A stretch of 64,000 nucleotides of DNA, taken from contig CAWDML010000001.1 in the NCBI GenBank assembly GCA_963803435.1, positions 1,312,001 through 1,376,000 of the forward strand. The letters run 5' to 3'. This stretch comes from an uncultured delta proteobacterium. GTDB taxonomy: Bacteria > Myxococcota > Kuafuiibacteriia > Kuafuiibacteriales > Kuafuiibacteriaceae. The position numbers and the translations under genes were made by a program. Of the stretch, positions 1-10,474 are shown one piece after another (position 1 is the first letter of the stretch; each line of letters begins with the position of its first letter). The notes below the pieces were generated by a model, which ran no database searches, was not told where the DNA came from, and was given only the letters and a program-made list of their open reading frames with translations.

Positions 1-195
1 GATGTCGATGGCGGTCGGGCTCGGGTTGTGGATCGGTAGCGGCGCGAGCGCGGTGGCGCCCGCGCTCACCTCGTCGAACACAATCTCGGCCGGCACCTGG
101 AGCGCGACACCTTCGAGCGGCGGCTCACTGCCGGAGCAGCCGGCGAGCCCGAAGACCAGGGCCAGGGCGCCGAGCGCGGGTTCGAGGGGTCGCAC
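1..195 (-). CDS. Lipoprotein, 3'-partial (runs off the window); possible Ig-like/choice-of-anchor domain
   Basis: Not in the ORF track. Reverse strand from GTG at 195 reads MRPLEPALGALALVFGLAGCSGSEPPLEGVALQVPAEIVFDEV..., with lipobox LAGC. Starts 5 bp after the kinase stop. Confidence 0.7.
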   Translation of the reverse strand, partial: MRPLEPALGALALVFGLAGCSGSEPPLEGVALQVPAEIVFDEVSAGATALAPLPIHNPSPTAIDI

Positions 196-200
196 GGCCG

Positions 201-1802
201 TCAGTTGAAGCGCGTGTACGGGCTCTCGCTGTCGGTCCCGGGCTTGGATTTCCGCCGCTTCTTTCGCTTCTCGCGCTTCTCGGGCTTCTTCTCCTCCTCC
301 TGCTCGTCGAGCGTGACGCGGAGGAGCTGGTCGACGTTCGGGACCACGACCTGGGTCATCGCCACGTAGCCTTCGTGCTCGAGCGCGACCTCGACCGCAC
401 GATCGCTCCGGTCGAGCTCGAGCTCCATCGGCGTGGCGCCCTTGGCCTGCCCTCCGACCATGACGATGGCGTGGTCGGGCTGGGTCTCGACGCGAACCTT
501 CACCTTCGGCGACAGTGCCGGCGGCGGAGCGCGAACCGCGACGATGGTCGACGGGACCCGCTCCTGCTGAGCGTCGGCGGAGGCGCCGCTCCACACGGTC
601 ATGGCGCCCGTACCGACGATGACCAGCAGCCCGGCGGCGATCGCGCCGACCCACCAGGCGTTCCGGTTCGCGCTGGGCGGCCGGGGCAGCGCCTTGCTGT
701 AGATCGAGATCGAGCTCTGCGAGCCCACCATCGCGTCGGCTCCTGGGTCGGAGAGCGAGGCGGGCGGAAGCTCGATCTGAGCGTCGGTCTCCGCACTGGG
801 CACGCTCGTGATCTCGACGCCTTCCCGAATGCTGGCCAGCATTCGGCGCTTCTGCTCGATGCGATCCATGAAGAGCTTGTGCATGACGCGTGAGAGCGAC
901 TCTTCGGGAACCTTGCCCTCGTTCAGCTGCCGGGAGACGTCGAGCAGCTCGCGCCGCATCTCCAGCGCCGTCTCGAATCGTTCGTCGCGATCGCGCTCGA
1001 GCGCCTTCATGCAGATGCGCTCGAGCGGCTCCGGATAGTTCGTCATCAACTTCTTGGGCGAGGGCGCGTCCGCGTTGTAGATCGCCTGGATCGTGGCGAC
1101 GTCGTTGCCCCGCTTGAAGAGACGGCGGCACGTGCTCAGCTCGTAGAGCACCGTGCCCAGCGAGAAGATGTCGGACCGCCGATCGAGATCCTTCCCGTGG
1201 CACTGCTCTGGGGACATGTAGGCGTATTTGCCTTTGACCTGCCCCGCCTCCGTCTTGGCGACGCGGTCGGAGGCCACCGCGATCCCGAAGTCGAGGATCT
1301 TCACCTCACCGGCGTAGGTCACGAAGATGTTGCCCGGGCTCACGTCTCGATGGACCAGCCCCATCGAGCGACCGCGAACGTCGGTCATTTCGTGCGCCGC
1401 GTGCAGACCTGCGCAGACCTGGGCCATGACGTGGGCGCAGAGCCCGAAGCTGAGCAGCTTCTTCTTGCGGGAGAGCCGGCGCGCCAACCCGGCAAGGCTC
1501 TCGCCCTCGAGGTACTCCATGACCAGGAAGAGCTCGTCCTGGTCCTGACCGAGCTCGTGCACCGTCACCACGTTCTGGTGCCGCAGGCCGGCCACGATGC
1601 GGGCCTCGTCGAGGAACATGTCGACGAACTGACGCTCCCGGGCGAGGTGCGGGAGGATGCGCTTGATGACGACCGGACGCTCGAACCCGCTGGGTCCCCG
1701 CAGGCGACCGAGGAAGACCTCCGCCATTCCTCCGGTGCCGAGCAGTCCCAGGATCTCGTACCGTCCGATATAGGTCGGCAGCGCCTGCACCCGTTTTGCC
1801 AT
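201..1802 (-). CDS. Membrane Ser/Thr protein kinase with C-terminal PEGA-like domain
   Basis: Start MAKRVQ at ATG 1802. Motifs LGTGGMAEV, VVIKR, HRDVSPGN, DFG, YMSPEQ and SDIFSLG, then a TM helix and a PEGA-like segment (VETQP..A.VMVGG...GATP). Confidence 0.93.
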   Translation of the reverse strand: MAKRVQALPTYIGRYEILGLLGTGGMAEVFLGRLRGPSGFERPVVIKRILPHLARERQFVDMFLDEARIVAGLRHQNVVTVHELGQDQDELFLVMEYLEGESLAGLARRLSRKKKLLSFGLCAHVMAQVCAGLHAAHEMTDVRGRSMGLVHRDVSPGNIFVTYAGEVKILDFGIAVASDRVAKTEAGQVKGKYAYMSPEQCHGKDLDRRSDIFSLGTVLYELSTCRRLFKRGNDVATIQAIYNADAPSPKKLMTNYPEPLERICMKALERDRDERFETALEMRRELLDVSRQLNEGKVPEESLSRVMHKLFMDRIEQKRRMLASIREGVEITSVPSAETDAQIELPPASLSDPGADAMVGSQSSISIYSKALPRPPSANRNAWWVGAIAAGLLVIVGTGAMTVWSGASADAQQERVPSTIVAVRAPPPALSPKVKVRVETQPDHAIVMVGGQAKGATPMELELDRSDRAVEVALEHEGYVAMTQVVVPNVDQLLRVTLDEQEEEKKPEKREKRKKRRKSKPGTDSESPYTRFN

Positions 1803-1844
1803 TGTCCCACGGCGGGTGGTAGCGTCAAACCAAACCCCCTGCGG

Positions 1845-2672
1845 ATGCGTGCCGCTCCTACAATGTTGGCGATCGTAGTGCTCGGTAGCAGTATCGCCGC
1901 CGGGACGGCCGTCGCGGGCAACCCATCGAAAGCCGACCGGAAGCACGCGATCCAGCTCTTCAAGCAGAGCCAAGAGCAGTACCGAAAGGGTCAGTTCCGC
2001 GAGGCCGCCGATCTGCTCGAACGGGCCTACGCGCTCGATCCCAACCCCACGTTGCTCTTCAACAAGGCGCGCGCGCTCGAGAGCGCCGGCGACGCGGAAG
2101 GTACCATCGACGCGTATTCCAGGTATTTGGAGGCGGATCCCAAGGCCGCCGACCGTGCCGCCATCCAGCAGCGGATCGAGAATCTCAAGAAGCAGGTCGC
2201 CGCCAATCGTGCGCTCGAGCGACAGGCGGAGGAGGAGCGCCAACGTCGCGAGGCACTCGAGGCGACCCCGCCGCCCCCGCCGCCGCCGCCGCCGATCGTG
2301 CCTCCGGCGCCGCCCCCAACCCCGGTGGCGCCCCCTCCGGAGATCGAGCGGAGGACCGTGTCCCCCTGGCCGTGGATCGTGCTCGGTACCGGCGCGCTGG
2401 TCGCGGGCGTCGCCGGCGGCGTGCTCGGCGCGATGGCCGGCAACACGCACTCGGCCGCGGTCGACGAGCCGATCCAAATGACCGCAGAGACGCTGGCCCA
2501 CAAGGCGGATCGGTTGGCGCTGGGCGCGAACATCGCCTACGGCACCGGCAGCGCCATCGCGCTCGGAGGGCTGATCTGGGGCATCATCGATCTCGCGCGC
2601 GCCGGCGAGCCGATCGCGACGGTCACCGTGGCCCCCTCGGGCAACGGTGCCCACGTCAGCGTCCGTTTCTGA
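1845..2672 (+). CDS. Exported TPR protein with Pro-rich linker and C-terminal hydrophobic helices
   Basis: Signal peptide, TPR segment (AADLLERAYALDPNPTLLFNKARALE...YSRYL), poly-Pro linker and PWPWIVLG membrane segment. Typical myxobacterial kinase-associated TPR protein. Confidence 0.85.
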   Translation: MRAAPTMLAIVVLGSSIAAGTAVAGNPSKADRKHAIQLFKQSQEQYRKGQFREAADLLERAYALDPNPTLLFNKARALESAGDAEGTIDAYSRYLEADPKAADRAAIQQRIENLKKQVAANRALERQAEEERQRREALEATPPPPPPPPPIVPPAPPPTPVAPPPEIERRTVSPWPWIVLGTGALVAGVAGGVLGAMAGNTHSAAVDEPIQMTAETLAHKADRLALGANIAYGTGSAIALGGLIWGIIDLARAGEPIATVTVAPSGNGAHVSVRF

Positions 2673-2675
2673 GGC

Positions 2676-4124
2676 TCAGCGCGGGAAGCAGGTCGACGCC
2701 TGGGTGCCCGGCAGCACGCCCGGGATCGGGTGGCAGTAGCCTCCGGTGAGCGCGCTGCAATCGTCGTGGGTGCAGCAGCGGACCGAGCAGATCTTCGGCC
2801 CCGCGAGCGACGAAGGATCACGCGGCGTGCAGGTGCCGCTCTCGCACTCGGCCGCGGTGGTACACGGCATCCCGATCGGGGTGACGCCACCCGCCGCGGC
2901 CTGACAGAGGGTGATCACCGTCTGATTATTGAGATCGTAGACCAAGCAGCTCTGGCCCGCGGGACAGTCGGTCTGAGTGCAGCACGCAGCGGCACACGTA
3001 TTCTCGTACTTGTTGCAGATGCCGGAGGCACAGTCGGTGTTGACCGTGCAGACCTCACCGATGGCCTTCGTTCCAGGTCCCGGCGCACATTCCTGCGAGA
3101 AGACGGGCTGCCCCTGGAGCGTCTGCTGGCGGACGATGCAACCGGTGGCGAACGCCGAGCAGTGCTCGTCGCGCCCACAGCGCTCGGTGCATGTCATTGA
3201 GGTGCCCTCGCAGATCGTGGACTGGCACACGTTGCCCGGGTTCTCGCAGGCCTCTCCGCTCCTGGTGTCGAAGGTGACCATGTTGAAGATCCCCTCGGGC
3301 ATGCAGATCCGGTAGCCGTTGCCGGTGGGGAGGCACGAGAACCCGAGCGGACAGTCGGCCGAGCGACCGCAGGGCGTGGTGCAGAACGTGGCTGGTGGAT
3401 CGGTGGTCGAGAAGCAGAGGCCCGTCGTACAGCTGTCGTCGCTGCTGCAGAAGTCTCCGAGCTGCGTCCCGGCGCATCGTCCGAGCACGTTGCAGGTCGA
3501 GGTACCGAGGCAGGGCGCAGCGCCGGGCGCGTCGCAGCGACGGACGCACGCTCCGTTCAGACAGGTGAACTGACGGTCCGGGCATGGGTCGAGCACCGTG
3601 CACTTGGGCGCCGCCTGACAGTACCCGCTGCTCGGATCGCAGATCCGGTTCTCGGTGCACCCGCCCCCGCCCACCGCGCACCCAGGGGCGCAGCTCCCGG
3701 AGAGGCAGACCTGGTGGGGGGGGTTGCAGTCGGCCGACCGGGTGCACGCGATCTGATCGGAGAAGCAGTGCCCGCTCGGATCGCAGACCTGGGATCCCGC
3801 GCAGCCGGTGGTCGCGCAGCCCGGCGCGCAGGCGGAGTCCAGGCAGACTTCGCCCGACGCGCACTCGGTATCGCGGGCGCACTCGGGGATCGGAGCGGCG
3901 TCCAGCTCGTCGTCCCCGCCGTCGGCAACCTCTGCGTCCATCGGGGTGCCGCCGTCCGGGCCCGTATCGCGCGGCTCAAGCATCTTCACGCAAACGCCCC
4001 TCGCCTCGTCGCAGACGAAGCCCGAGGCGCACGGGCACGCCTTCCCATCCAGCGAGACGTCTTGAAGGATGCAGCCTCCGAGGATCGCAGGGAGGAGGAG
4101 CGCGAGTCCCCAGCGCGCGAGCAA
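2676..4124 (-). CDS. Cysteine-rich repeat lipoprotein
   Basis: Lipobox LGGC, DTG/DGG linker and many C-x4-C-x5-C repeats (CARDTECASGEVC, CSSDDSCTTGLC, CTTAAECESGTC). Confidence 0.85.
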   Translation of the reverse strand: MLARWGLALLLPAILGGCILQDVSLDGKACPCASGFVCDEARGVCVKMLEPRDTGPDGGTPMDAEVADGGDDELDAAPIPECARDTECASGEVCLDSACAPGCATTGCAGSQVCDPSGHCFSDQIACTRSADCNPPHQVCLSGSCAPGCAVGGGGCTENRICDPSSGYCQAAPKCTVLDPCPDRQFTCLNGACVRRCDAPGAAPCLGTSTCNVLGRCAGTQLGDFCSSDDSCTTGLCFSTTDPPATFCTTPCGRSADCPLGFSCLPTGNGYRICMPEGIFNMVTFDTRSGEACENPGNVCQSTICEGTSMTCTERCGRDEHCSAFATGCIVRQQTLQGQPVFSQECAPGPGTKAIGEVCTVNTDCASGICNKYENTCAAACCTQTDCPAGQSCLVYDLNNQTVITLCQAAAGGVTPIGMPCTTAAECESGTCTPRDPSSLAGPKICSVRCCTHDDCSALTGGYCHPIPGVLPGTQASTCFPR

Positions 4125-4137
4125 GGTGAGGCCGAGT

Positions 4138-5082
4138 TTATGTCGAGGCTGCAGACGACGCCAGCACCCCGTCCCGCACGCCCTCCGGGAGATCGCGCCG
4201 ACGCCCGCTCATCCAGCGCGTCACCAGATCCGCGATGAGCTCCGGTCGCTCGTGATGAATGTTGTGTCCCGCGCCGTCGACCAGCACCGGACGCCCGTCG
4301 GGGAGACACGTGTGCCTGAAAGCGAGATCGTCCGGGAACCAGGGCGAGTCGGTGCCATAGACGGAGAGGACCGGCATCGAGAGCGCCCGCCACATCGGCT
4401 CGATCTCCTGGAGCAGAAACGGCTTCGGTGAGGGCGTGCGATGGAGGGGATCGACCTTCCACACCACCGCGCCCTCCGGTCCGTTCGGCGCGCCCTCGGT
4501 GAACGTGTTCGCGAGCTCGGCGGCGATCGCCTGCGGCAGGCGAGGATTCGCACGCATCAACCGCTCGACCGCGGCCTCGCGGCTCGCGATCGTCGGGCGC
4601 GCCAGCCAGCGCTCGACCTGGTCCAGGTCCATCTTCGGCTGCTTCAGCGCGTCGAGCCAGCGATGGAGCCTGCCCAGGACGTCGGTGGGATCCTGATACG
4701 GCGGGCCCATCCCCTCGATCATCACCATGGCCTCGACGCGGTCCGGGATCAGCGCCGCGACGCCCGTCGCGATTCCGCCGCCCATCGAGTGACCCACCAG
4801 GCCGAACCGATCGAGACCCAAGTGATCGACCAGGTGGAGCACGTCCTGGAAGTAGTCCTGGAAGTAGTAGTAACCGCCGTCGCCGATCCATCCCGAGTCG
4901 CCATGACCCCGGTGGTCGGGGACCACGGCGAAGAACGACCTCCCGAGGGCCCGGATCATCGGCGCGAACGCGAGGCCGTGATCCATGAAGCCGTGCAAGA
5001 GCACGATCGGGGGCGCGCTCCGATCGCCGAACGTGCGGTAGGCGAGCCTCAGACCGCGGACCGAGGTGAAGGCGACCGTCAC
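4138..5082 (-). CDS. Alpha/beta hydrolase
   Basis: GTG start overlaps the LOG stop (GTGA). Motifs [19 protein letters not shown] and AGHNIHHE. Confidence 0.9.
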   Translation of the reverse strand: MTVAFTSVRGLRLAYRTFGDRSAPPIVLLHGFMDHGLAFAPMIRALGRSFFAVVPDHRGHGDSGWIGDGGYYYFQDYFQDVLHLVDHLGLDRFGLVGHSMGGGIATGVAALIPDRVEAMVMIEGMGPPYQDPTDVLGRLHRWLDALKQPKMDLDQVERWLARPTIASREAAVERLMRANPRLPQAIAAELANTFTEGAPNGPEGAVVWKVDPLHRTPSPKPFLLQEIEPMWRALSMPVLSVYGTDSPWFPDDLAFRHTCLPDGRPVLVDGAGHNIHHERPELIADLVTRWMSGRRRDLPEGVRDGVLASSAAST

Positions 5083-5660
5083 GGCTTGACGCTCGGGACT
5101 GCGACCGGGAGGCGGACGGCCTCGAGCGACCGCAACAGGACGTCGGGATCGCCAGCCGAGATCAGGAGCCGGCGGTGCTCGGGCATCAGGAAGCCCTCCT
5201 CGACCGCGTGATCCGAGAACGCGAGCAAGCCGTCGAAGAAGCCGCGCACGTTGAGCAGGCCGAGGGGCTTGCTGTGAAAACGCAGCTGCGCCCACGTCAG
5301 GATCTCGAAGGTCTCCTCCAGCGTGCCCCACCCTCCCGGCAGCGCGATGAATGCGTCGGCGAGGTGCGCCATCATCGTCTTGCGCGCGTGCATGCTGTCG
5401 ACGACGAAGAGCTCGGTCAGACCTTGGTGCGCGATCTCCTTCGACTGGAGCTTCTCGGGGATCACGCCGATCACCTGCCCACCGCCGACCAGCGCCGCGT
5501 TGGCGATCGCGCCCATCAGGCCCACCTTGGCGCCGCCGTAGACCAGGCCGATCCCGCGGCCGGCCAGGAGCTTCCCGGTGGCGATCGCCGCCTGCGCGTA
5601 GGCAGGGTCGTCGCCGTCGTGGCTCCCGCAGAAAACGCAGACGCGGCGGAACGTACCCAT
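5079..5660 (-). CDS. LOG-family nucleotide phosphoribohydrolase (TIGR00730)
   Basis: Motifs VCVFCGS, LVYGG..VGLMG, MHARK and PGGWGTLEE. Confidence 0.95.
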   Translation of the reverse strand: MGTFRRVCVFCGSHDGDDPAYAQAAIATGKLLAGRGIGLVYGGAKVGLMGAIANAALVGGGQVIGVIPEKLQSKEIAHQGLTELFVVDSMHARKTMMAHLADAFIALPGGWGTLEETFEILTWAQLRFHSKPLGLLNVRGFFDGLLAFSDHAVEEGFLMPEHRRLLISAGDPDVLLRSLEAVRLPVAVPSVKP

Positions 5661-5712
5661 CCTCGACAGCTACGATGGCATTTCCGCGTCATCAAGCGCT
5701 ATTGGTCGATTC

Positions 5713-6454
5713 GTGCGGATCGTGTCCCTCTGCCCGTCGATCACGGAGACGCTGATCGATTTCGGGCTCCGGGATCGCCTCGTAGGCGTGACGCGCTTCT
5801 GCATCCACCCGGCCGAGGCCGTGAAGGATCTGCCCAAGGTCGGCGGCACCAAGAACCCCGACCTCGACGCCATCGAGCGAGCCGCACCCGACCTCGTCTT
5901 CGTGAACGCCGAGGAGAATCGGCGCGAGGACTACGACCGCCTCTCGATGAAGTACCGCGTCGACGTGTCGATGCCGAGGTCGGTCGCCGATGTCCCGCTC
6001 GAGCTGCGCCGGTTCGGAGAGCTGCTCTCCACGCGCCCGATCGCCGGACGGCGCGCCCGCGAGCTCGAGGTCGCGCTCCGCGAGCTCGAGCGACGGCGCG
6101 AGGGGAAGCGCAGGTTCTCCTTCGCCTATCCGGTGTGGCGGCGGCCGTGGATGGTGGCAGGTCCCGACACCTACGTGGCCGATTCTGATCCGAAGAGCGG
6201 GCGGCGACAACGTGTACACGCTCGCCCCGGCGCGTTATCCCGAGACCACGATTGAGGCGCTGGCCGAGAAGCGCCCCGAATTCGTGCTCCTGCCCGACGA
6301 GCCCTACCCCTTCGACGCCACGCACCGATCCGAGCTGGCCACGGTCCTCCCCGAGGCTCGGATTGAGCTGGTCTCGGGCGACGACTGCTGCTGGCACGGC
6401 GTGCGCTCGATCCGAGGTGTACATCTCATGATGAGACTCCTCGATTCGAGGTAG
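5713..6454 (+). CDS. BtuF-like helical-backbone cobalamin/metal-binding protein (one-base frameshift near 6183)
   Basis: RIVSLCPSITE, VGGTKNP and EEN are in one frame; LIRRAGGDNV, LLPDEPYPF and WHGVR are in another. Removing one T from GATTC at 6181-6185 joins them (YVADLIRR). Confidence 0.88.
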
Positions 6455-6465
6455 TCTGTGCCGGT

Positions 6466-7908
6466 ATGCAGAGCCGTTATCGTGCGCCGTTTGCGCCCGC
6501 GGGGGACCACGCGATCGATCCGAGGTACGCGCAGAAGCTCCTGTCCGTCGCCCTCTCGGAGGGCGGCGACTACGCGGACCTGTATTTTCAATATCGAGCC
6601 GCCGGAAGCCTCAGCTACGAGGAGGGCATCCTGAAGAGCGCCACCCGCGGCGTGACCGTCGGGCTGGGCGTCCGCGTGCGGAAGGGTGAGGCGACCGGCT
6701 ATGCCTACACCGAAGAGCTGCTCGAAGAGGCGATGATGCGGGCCGCCAAGACCGCAGCGCAGATCGCTTCGGGAGGCGGTGCACCGCCGATCGCGACACC
6801 ACAGCTACGGACGATGCCCCGCCGCTACGAGCTCGAGGGGCTCACGCTCGACACGGCCGGAGAGAGCAAGCGGGATCTGCTGCGCCGCGCCGACAAGGCC
6901 GCGCGCGCCTACGATCCGAGGATCACCAAGGTGCAGGCCAGCTTCACCGAGGAGATCAGCGAGATCCTGATCGCGACCAGCGACGGCATCATGGTCCACG
7001 ATCGGCAGCCGCTGATGCGCTTCGGCGTCAGCGCGATCGCCGAGGACGGAAAGCTCCGCCAGAGCGGCTCGGGCGGAGGGGGCGGGCGCACCGGGATGGA
7101 CTACTTCCTCCAGCCCGGGAAGAAGCCGGAGGATCACGGGCGCGAGGCAGCGCGGATCGCCGTCGACATGCTGGACGCGCGCGACGCTCCCGCCGGCGAG
7201 ATGGCCGTCGTGCTGGCGCCCGGCGACAGCGGCATCCTCCTCCACGAGGCCGTCGGGCACGGGCTCGAGGCCGACTTCAACCGAAAGAAGACCTCGAACT
7301 ACTCTGGGCGCGTCGGCGAGCTGGTGGCGAGCGAGCTGGTGACGGTGGTCGACGATCCGACCTACGCCCACGGCCGCGGCAGCCTCAACGTCGACGACGA
7401 GGGGCGCGAGGCCCGCCCGGCGACCCTCATCGAGCGGGGCAAGCTGCTCGGGTACATGCAGGACCTCCAGAGCGCCGAGCACTTCCACACGCAGAGCGCG
7501 AACGGACGGCGAGAGAGCTTCCGCCACGCGCCGATGCCGCGGATGACCAACACCGTGATGCTGGGCGGACCGCACAGCCCGGAGGAGATCCTCGGCAGCG
7601 TCAAGAAGGGCGTCTTCGCCAAGAAGTTCTCGGGTGGTCAGGTCAACATCAGCAACGGCGACTTCGTGTTCTCGCTGACCGAAGGCTATCTGATCGAGGA
7701 CGGCAAGATCACCGCACCGCTGAAGGGTGTGAACCTGATCGGGAACGGCCCCGACGTCCTGTGCAAGGTCGACATGCTCGGCACGGACGTGGAGCTCTCG
7801 GACGGCGTGTGGACCTGCGGGAAGGACGGCCAGTCCGTGCCGGTGGGCGTGGGCTGTCCGACGACGCGCATCTCCTCGATCACGGTCGGTGGCACGAAGG
7901 TCGGGTGA
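6466..7908 (+). CDS. tldD: Metalloprotease TldD
   Basis: Motifs GILLHEAVGHGLEAD, PMPRMTNT and CGKDGQSVPVGVG. Confidence 0.95.
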   Translation: MQSRYRAPFAPAGDHAIDPRYAQKLLSVALSEGGDYADLYFQYRAAGSLSYEEGILKSATRGVTVGLGVRVRKGEATGYAYTEELLEEAMMRAAKTAAQIASGGGAPPIATPQLRTMPRRYELEGLTLDTAGESKRDLLRRADKAARAYDPRITKVQASFTEEISEILIATSDGIMVHDRQPLMRFGVSAIAEDGKLRQSGSGGGGGRTGMDYFLQPGKKPEDHGREAARIAVDMLDARDAPAGEMAVVLAPGDSGILLHEAVGHGLEADFNRKKTSNYSGRVGELVASELVTVVDDPTYAHGRGSLNVDDEGREARPATLIERGKLLGYMQDLQSAEHFHTQSANGRRESFRHAPMPRMTNTVMLGGPHSPEEILGSVKKGVFAKKFSGGQVNISNGDFVFSLTEGYLIEDGKITAPLKGVNLIGNGPDVLCKVDMLGTDVELSDGVWTCGKDGQSVPVGVGCPTTRISSITVGGTKVG

Positions 7909-7913
7909 GGAAG

Positions 7914-9275
7914 ATGAAGGATCGCGTCAACGAACTGATCGCGCTCGGCTCGAAGGTGGTCGACCACGCCCGGAGAAAGGGTGCGGACGTCGCGGAGGTG
8001 CTGGCGATCGACAGCCTGGATCTCTCGGCGAAGGTCCGCATGGGAGCGCCCGAGCTGATCGAGGAGGCGGGCAGCCACGCGCTCGGCCTGCGGGTGATGA
8101 AGGGCGGCCGCTGGGCGTCGACCTATTCGAGCGATCCGAGCGAGCTCGGGATCGATGCGATGGTCGCGGACGCGCTCGAGCTCGCCTCGCTCTCGGAGCC
8201 GGACGAGCACGCGGCGCCGCCCGATCCCTCTCTCCTGGCCGGCGCGACCCCGGATCTGGACCTGTTCGATCCAAGCGCGATCGACCTCGACGCCAAGACC
8301 GCCACCCAGCTCGCGCTCGCGGGCGAGCAAGCGGCCCGTGACTTCGACCCGCGCATCACCAACAGCGAGGGCGCGACCTACGATCGCACCCTCTCGGCGC
8401 GCGCGCTGGTCACCAGCCACGGCTTCTCGGGCGGGTACGCAGGCACGTACCAGACGATCGCGGTGAGCCCGGTGATCGACGACGCCGGAGGGAAGAAGCG
8501 CACCGGGAGCTACTGGGACGCGCGGCGCTACGCGGGCGCGGTGCTCGATCCGAAGTCGGTGGGCGAGGAGGCGGCGCGACGAACCCTGGCCAAGCTCGGC
8601 TCTCGCAAGGTGGAGACCTGCGAGGTCCCGGTCGTGTTCGATCCGGACGCCGGGCGGGCGCTGCTCTCGCTCTTCTTCTCCTGCGTCACCGGAGACGCCG
8701 TCTACAAGCGCGCCTCGTATCTGTGCGACCGCGAGGGCGAGCTCGCCGCCAGCGAGCGGGTGACGATCGTCGACGATCCGTTGATCCCGCGCGGGCCCGG
8801 CTCGCGACCGTTCGACGGCGAGGGCCTCCCCTCACGCCGGAACGTGGTGGTCGAGCAGGGTCGGTTGCTCACCTATCTGTTCGACACGTACAGCGGCCGC
8901 AAGCTCGGTCGGGCCTCGACCGGGAGCGCCTCCCGCGGCCTGGGCGGCCGCCCCACCGTCTCCGCCACCAACTTCCACCTGCTCGCCGGCGATCGGGATC
9001 CCGGCGACATCGTCTCCGAGGTCGACCGCGGGCTCTACGTCACTTCGATGATGGGTTTTGGCTTCAACGCGGTGACCGGCGACTTCAGCCGTGGCGCCGA
9101 GGGCTTCTGGATCGAAGGCGGGCGCAAGGCCTTCCCGGTCTCGGAGGTCACCGTGAGCCTCAACCTCGACCTCCTCTGGAAGAGCGTGGACGCCGTGGGC
9201 CGGGACCTCGACCCGAAGACTCGATTCGCCACACCCACGTTCCGGGTGACCCGAATGACCGTCGCCGGCAGCTGA
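7914..9275 (+). CDS. pmbA: PmbA/TldE partner subunit
   Basis: Follows tldD. Motifs DPRITNSEGA, SRPFDGEG and NAVTGDFSRGAEGFWIE; no HExxH. Confidence 0.92.
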   Translation: MKDRVNELIALGSKVVDHARRKGADVAEVLAIDSLDLSAKVRMGAPELIEEAGSHALGLRVMKGGRWASTYSSDPSELGIDAMVADALELASLSEPDEHAAPPDPSLLAGATPDLDLFDPSAIDLDAKTATQLALAGEQAARDFDPRITNSEGATYDRTLSARALVTSHGFSGGYAGTYQTIAVSPVIDDAGGKKRTGSYWDARRYAGAVLDPKSVGEEAARRTLAKLGSRKVETCEVPVVFDPDAGRALLSLFFSCVTGDAVYKRASYLCDREGELAASERVTIVDDPLIPRGPGSRPFDGEGLPSRRNVVVEQGRLLTYLFDTYSGRKLGRASTGSASRGLGGRPTVSATNFHLLAGDRDPGDIVSEVDRGLYVTSMMGFGFNAVTGDFSRGAEGFWIEGGRKAFPVSEVTVSLNLDLLWKSVDAVGRDLDPKTRFATPTFRVTRMTVAGS

Positions 9276-9320
9276 TCGAAAAAACCCGACTCAACATTCA
9301 CCCCCGAGATCCGGTACACG

Positions 9321-10472
9321 ATGAACGTGGAGGATCTTCGAGTCGTCCAGGAGATCGCGGCGACGGTCACCGCCGCTGAAGCCGAGGCCACCGACCGCGA
9401 CGCCCGCTGGCCCGAGTCGACCTTGCGCGCGCTCCAGGAGGCGGGCTTGGGCGGATTCACGGTCTCCCGGGCGCAGGGCGGGCGCGGCCACGGTGTGTAC
9501 CACCTCGCCCTCGCGTGTGAGACGCTCGGCTATCAATGCGCGTCGGCCGCGATCTGTTTCGGGATGCACTGTGTCGCGTCGGCTGTACTCTCGGCCAGGG
9601 CGACCGACCCTCAGACTCACCGCTATCTGTCCCCGATCTGCCGAGGCGCGCACCTCACCACGCTGGCGCTCTCCGAGCCCGGCACGGGGAGCCACTTCTA
9701 TTTCCCGCAGTGCCGGTTGAGCCGGAGCCCCGGCGGCGGCCTGATCGTCGACGGAGACAAGGCGCTCGCCACCAACGCCGGCCACGCCGACTCCTACGTG
9801 GTCTCCACGACCGCTCTCGATCCGGAGGCGGAAGCTGGTATGTTTTCCTGCGTGATCGTGCCGAAGGAGGCCTCCGGGATCGAGTGGGGGCCACCGTTCC
9901 ACGGGCTCGGCATGCGCGGCAACGCCTCGCGCGGATTCCGGCTGAACCAGGTCGAGATCCCCACAGACAATTTGCTCGGTCGGGACGGAGATCAGATCTG
10001 GTACGTCTTCCAGGTCGTCGCGCCGTTCTTTCTGATGGCGATGGCAGGCACGTACCTCGGGCTCGCCCGCCGCGCGCTCGAGGTCGTGGTCGATGAGCTG
10101 GGTCGGCGCGACTATCTGCACAGCGGTCGGACGCCCGCCGACGAGCCGGTCGTCCAGCACCGAATCGGCTCGCTCTGGGCCATGGTTCAGCGCACGCGAC
10201 GCCTCGCCTACTGGGCCGCCGAGGAGACGGATCGCGGCGGACCCGAGGCGCTCCCGGCGCTGTGCTCGGCCAAGGCGGAGGTCGCGAACTGCGCCGTCGA
10301 CGTGGTCAACGAGTGCATGACGCTCTCGGGCGGGCGCGCCTACCGGGACGGCTCGATCCTGGATCGCCTGCTCCGCGACGCCCGGGCCGCGCACGTCATG
10401 TCGCCCACCACCGATCTGTTGAGAACCTGGACCGGCCGGGCGCTCCTCGGAAAGCCGCTCCTGGGTAGCTGA
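9321..10472 (+). CDS. Acyl-CoA dehydrogenase-fold flavoprotein lacking the canonical catalytic Glu
   Basis: Motifs LALSEPGTGS, GLGMRGNAS, SAKAE, GGRAY and RLLRDARAAHVMSPT. Confidence 0.9.
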   Translation: MNVEDLRVVQEIAATVTAAEAEATDRDARWPESTLRALQEAGLGGFTVSRAQGGRGHGVYHLALACETLGYQCASAAICFGMHCVASAVLSARATDPQTHRYLSPICRGAHLTTLALSEPGTGSHFYFPQCRLSRSPGGGLIVDGDKALATNAGHADSYVVSTTALDPEAEAGMFSCVIVPKEASGIEWGPPFHGLGMRGNASRGFRLNQVEIPTDNLLGRDGDQIWYVFQVVAPFFLMAMAGTYLGLARRALEVVVDELGRRDYLHSGRTPADEPVVQHRIGSLWAMVQRTRRLAYWAAEETDRGGPEALPALCSAKAEVANCAVDVVNECMTLSGGRAYRDGSILDRLLRDARAAHVMSPTTDLLRTWTGRALLGKPLLGS

Positions 10473-10474
10473 GG

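Noticed and set aside
1803-2654. N-terminal extension of the 817-aa kinase ORF
   Set aside because: It is the antisense shadow of the TPR gene; kinase similarity begins at MAKRVQ (1802).
5079-5660. LOG protein as an anti-phage SLOG effector
   Set aside because: It is a canonical stand-alone TIGR00730 protein with no defence context.
6466-9275. TldD/PmbA as part of a RiPP cluster
   Set aside because: No precursor peptide, YcaO or other maturase lies nearby; it looks like the housekeeping pair.
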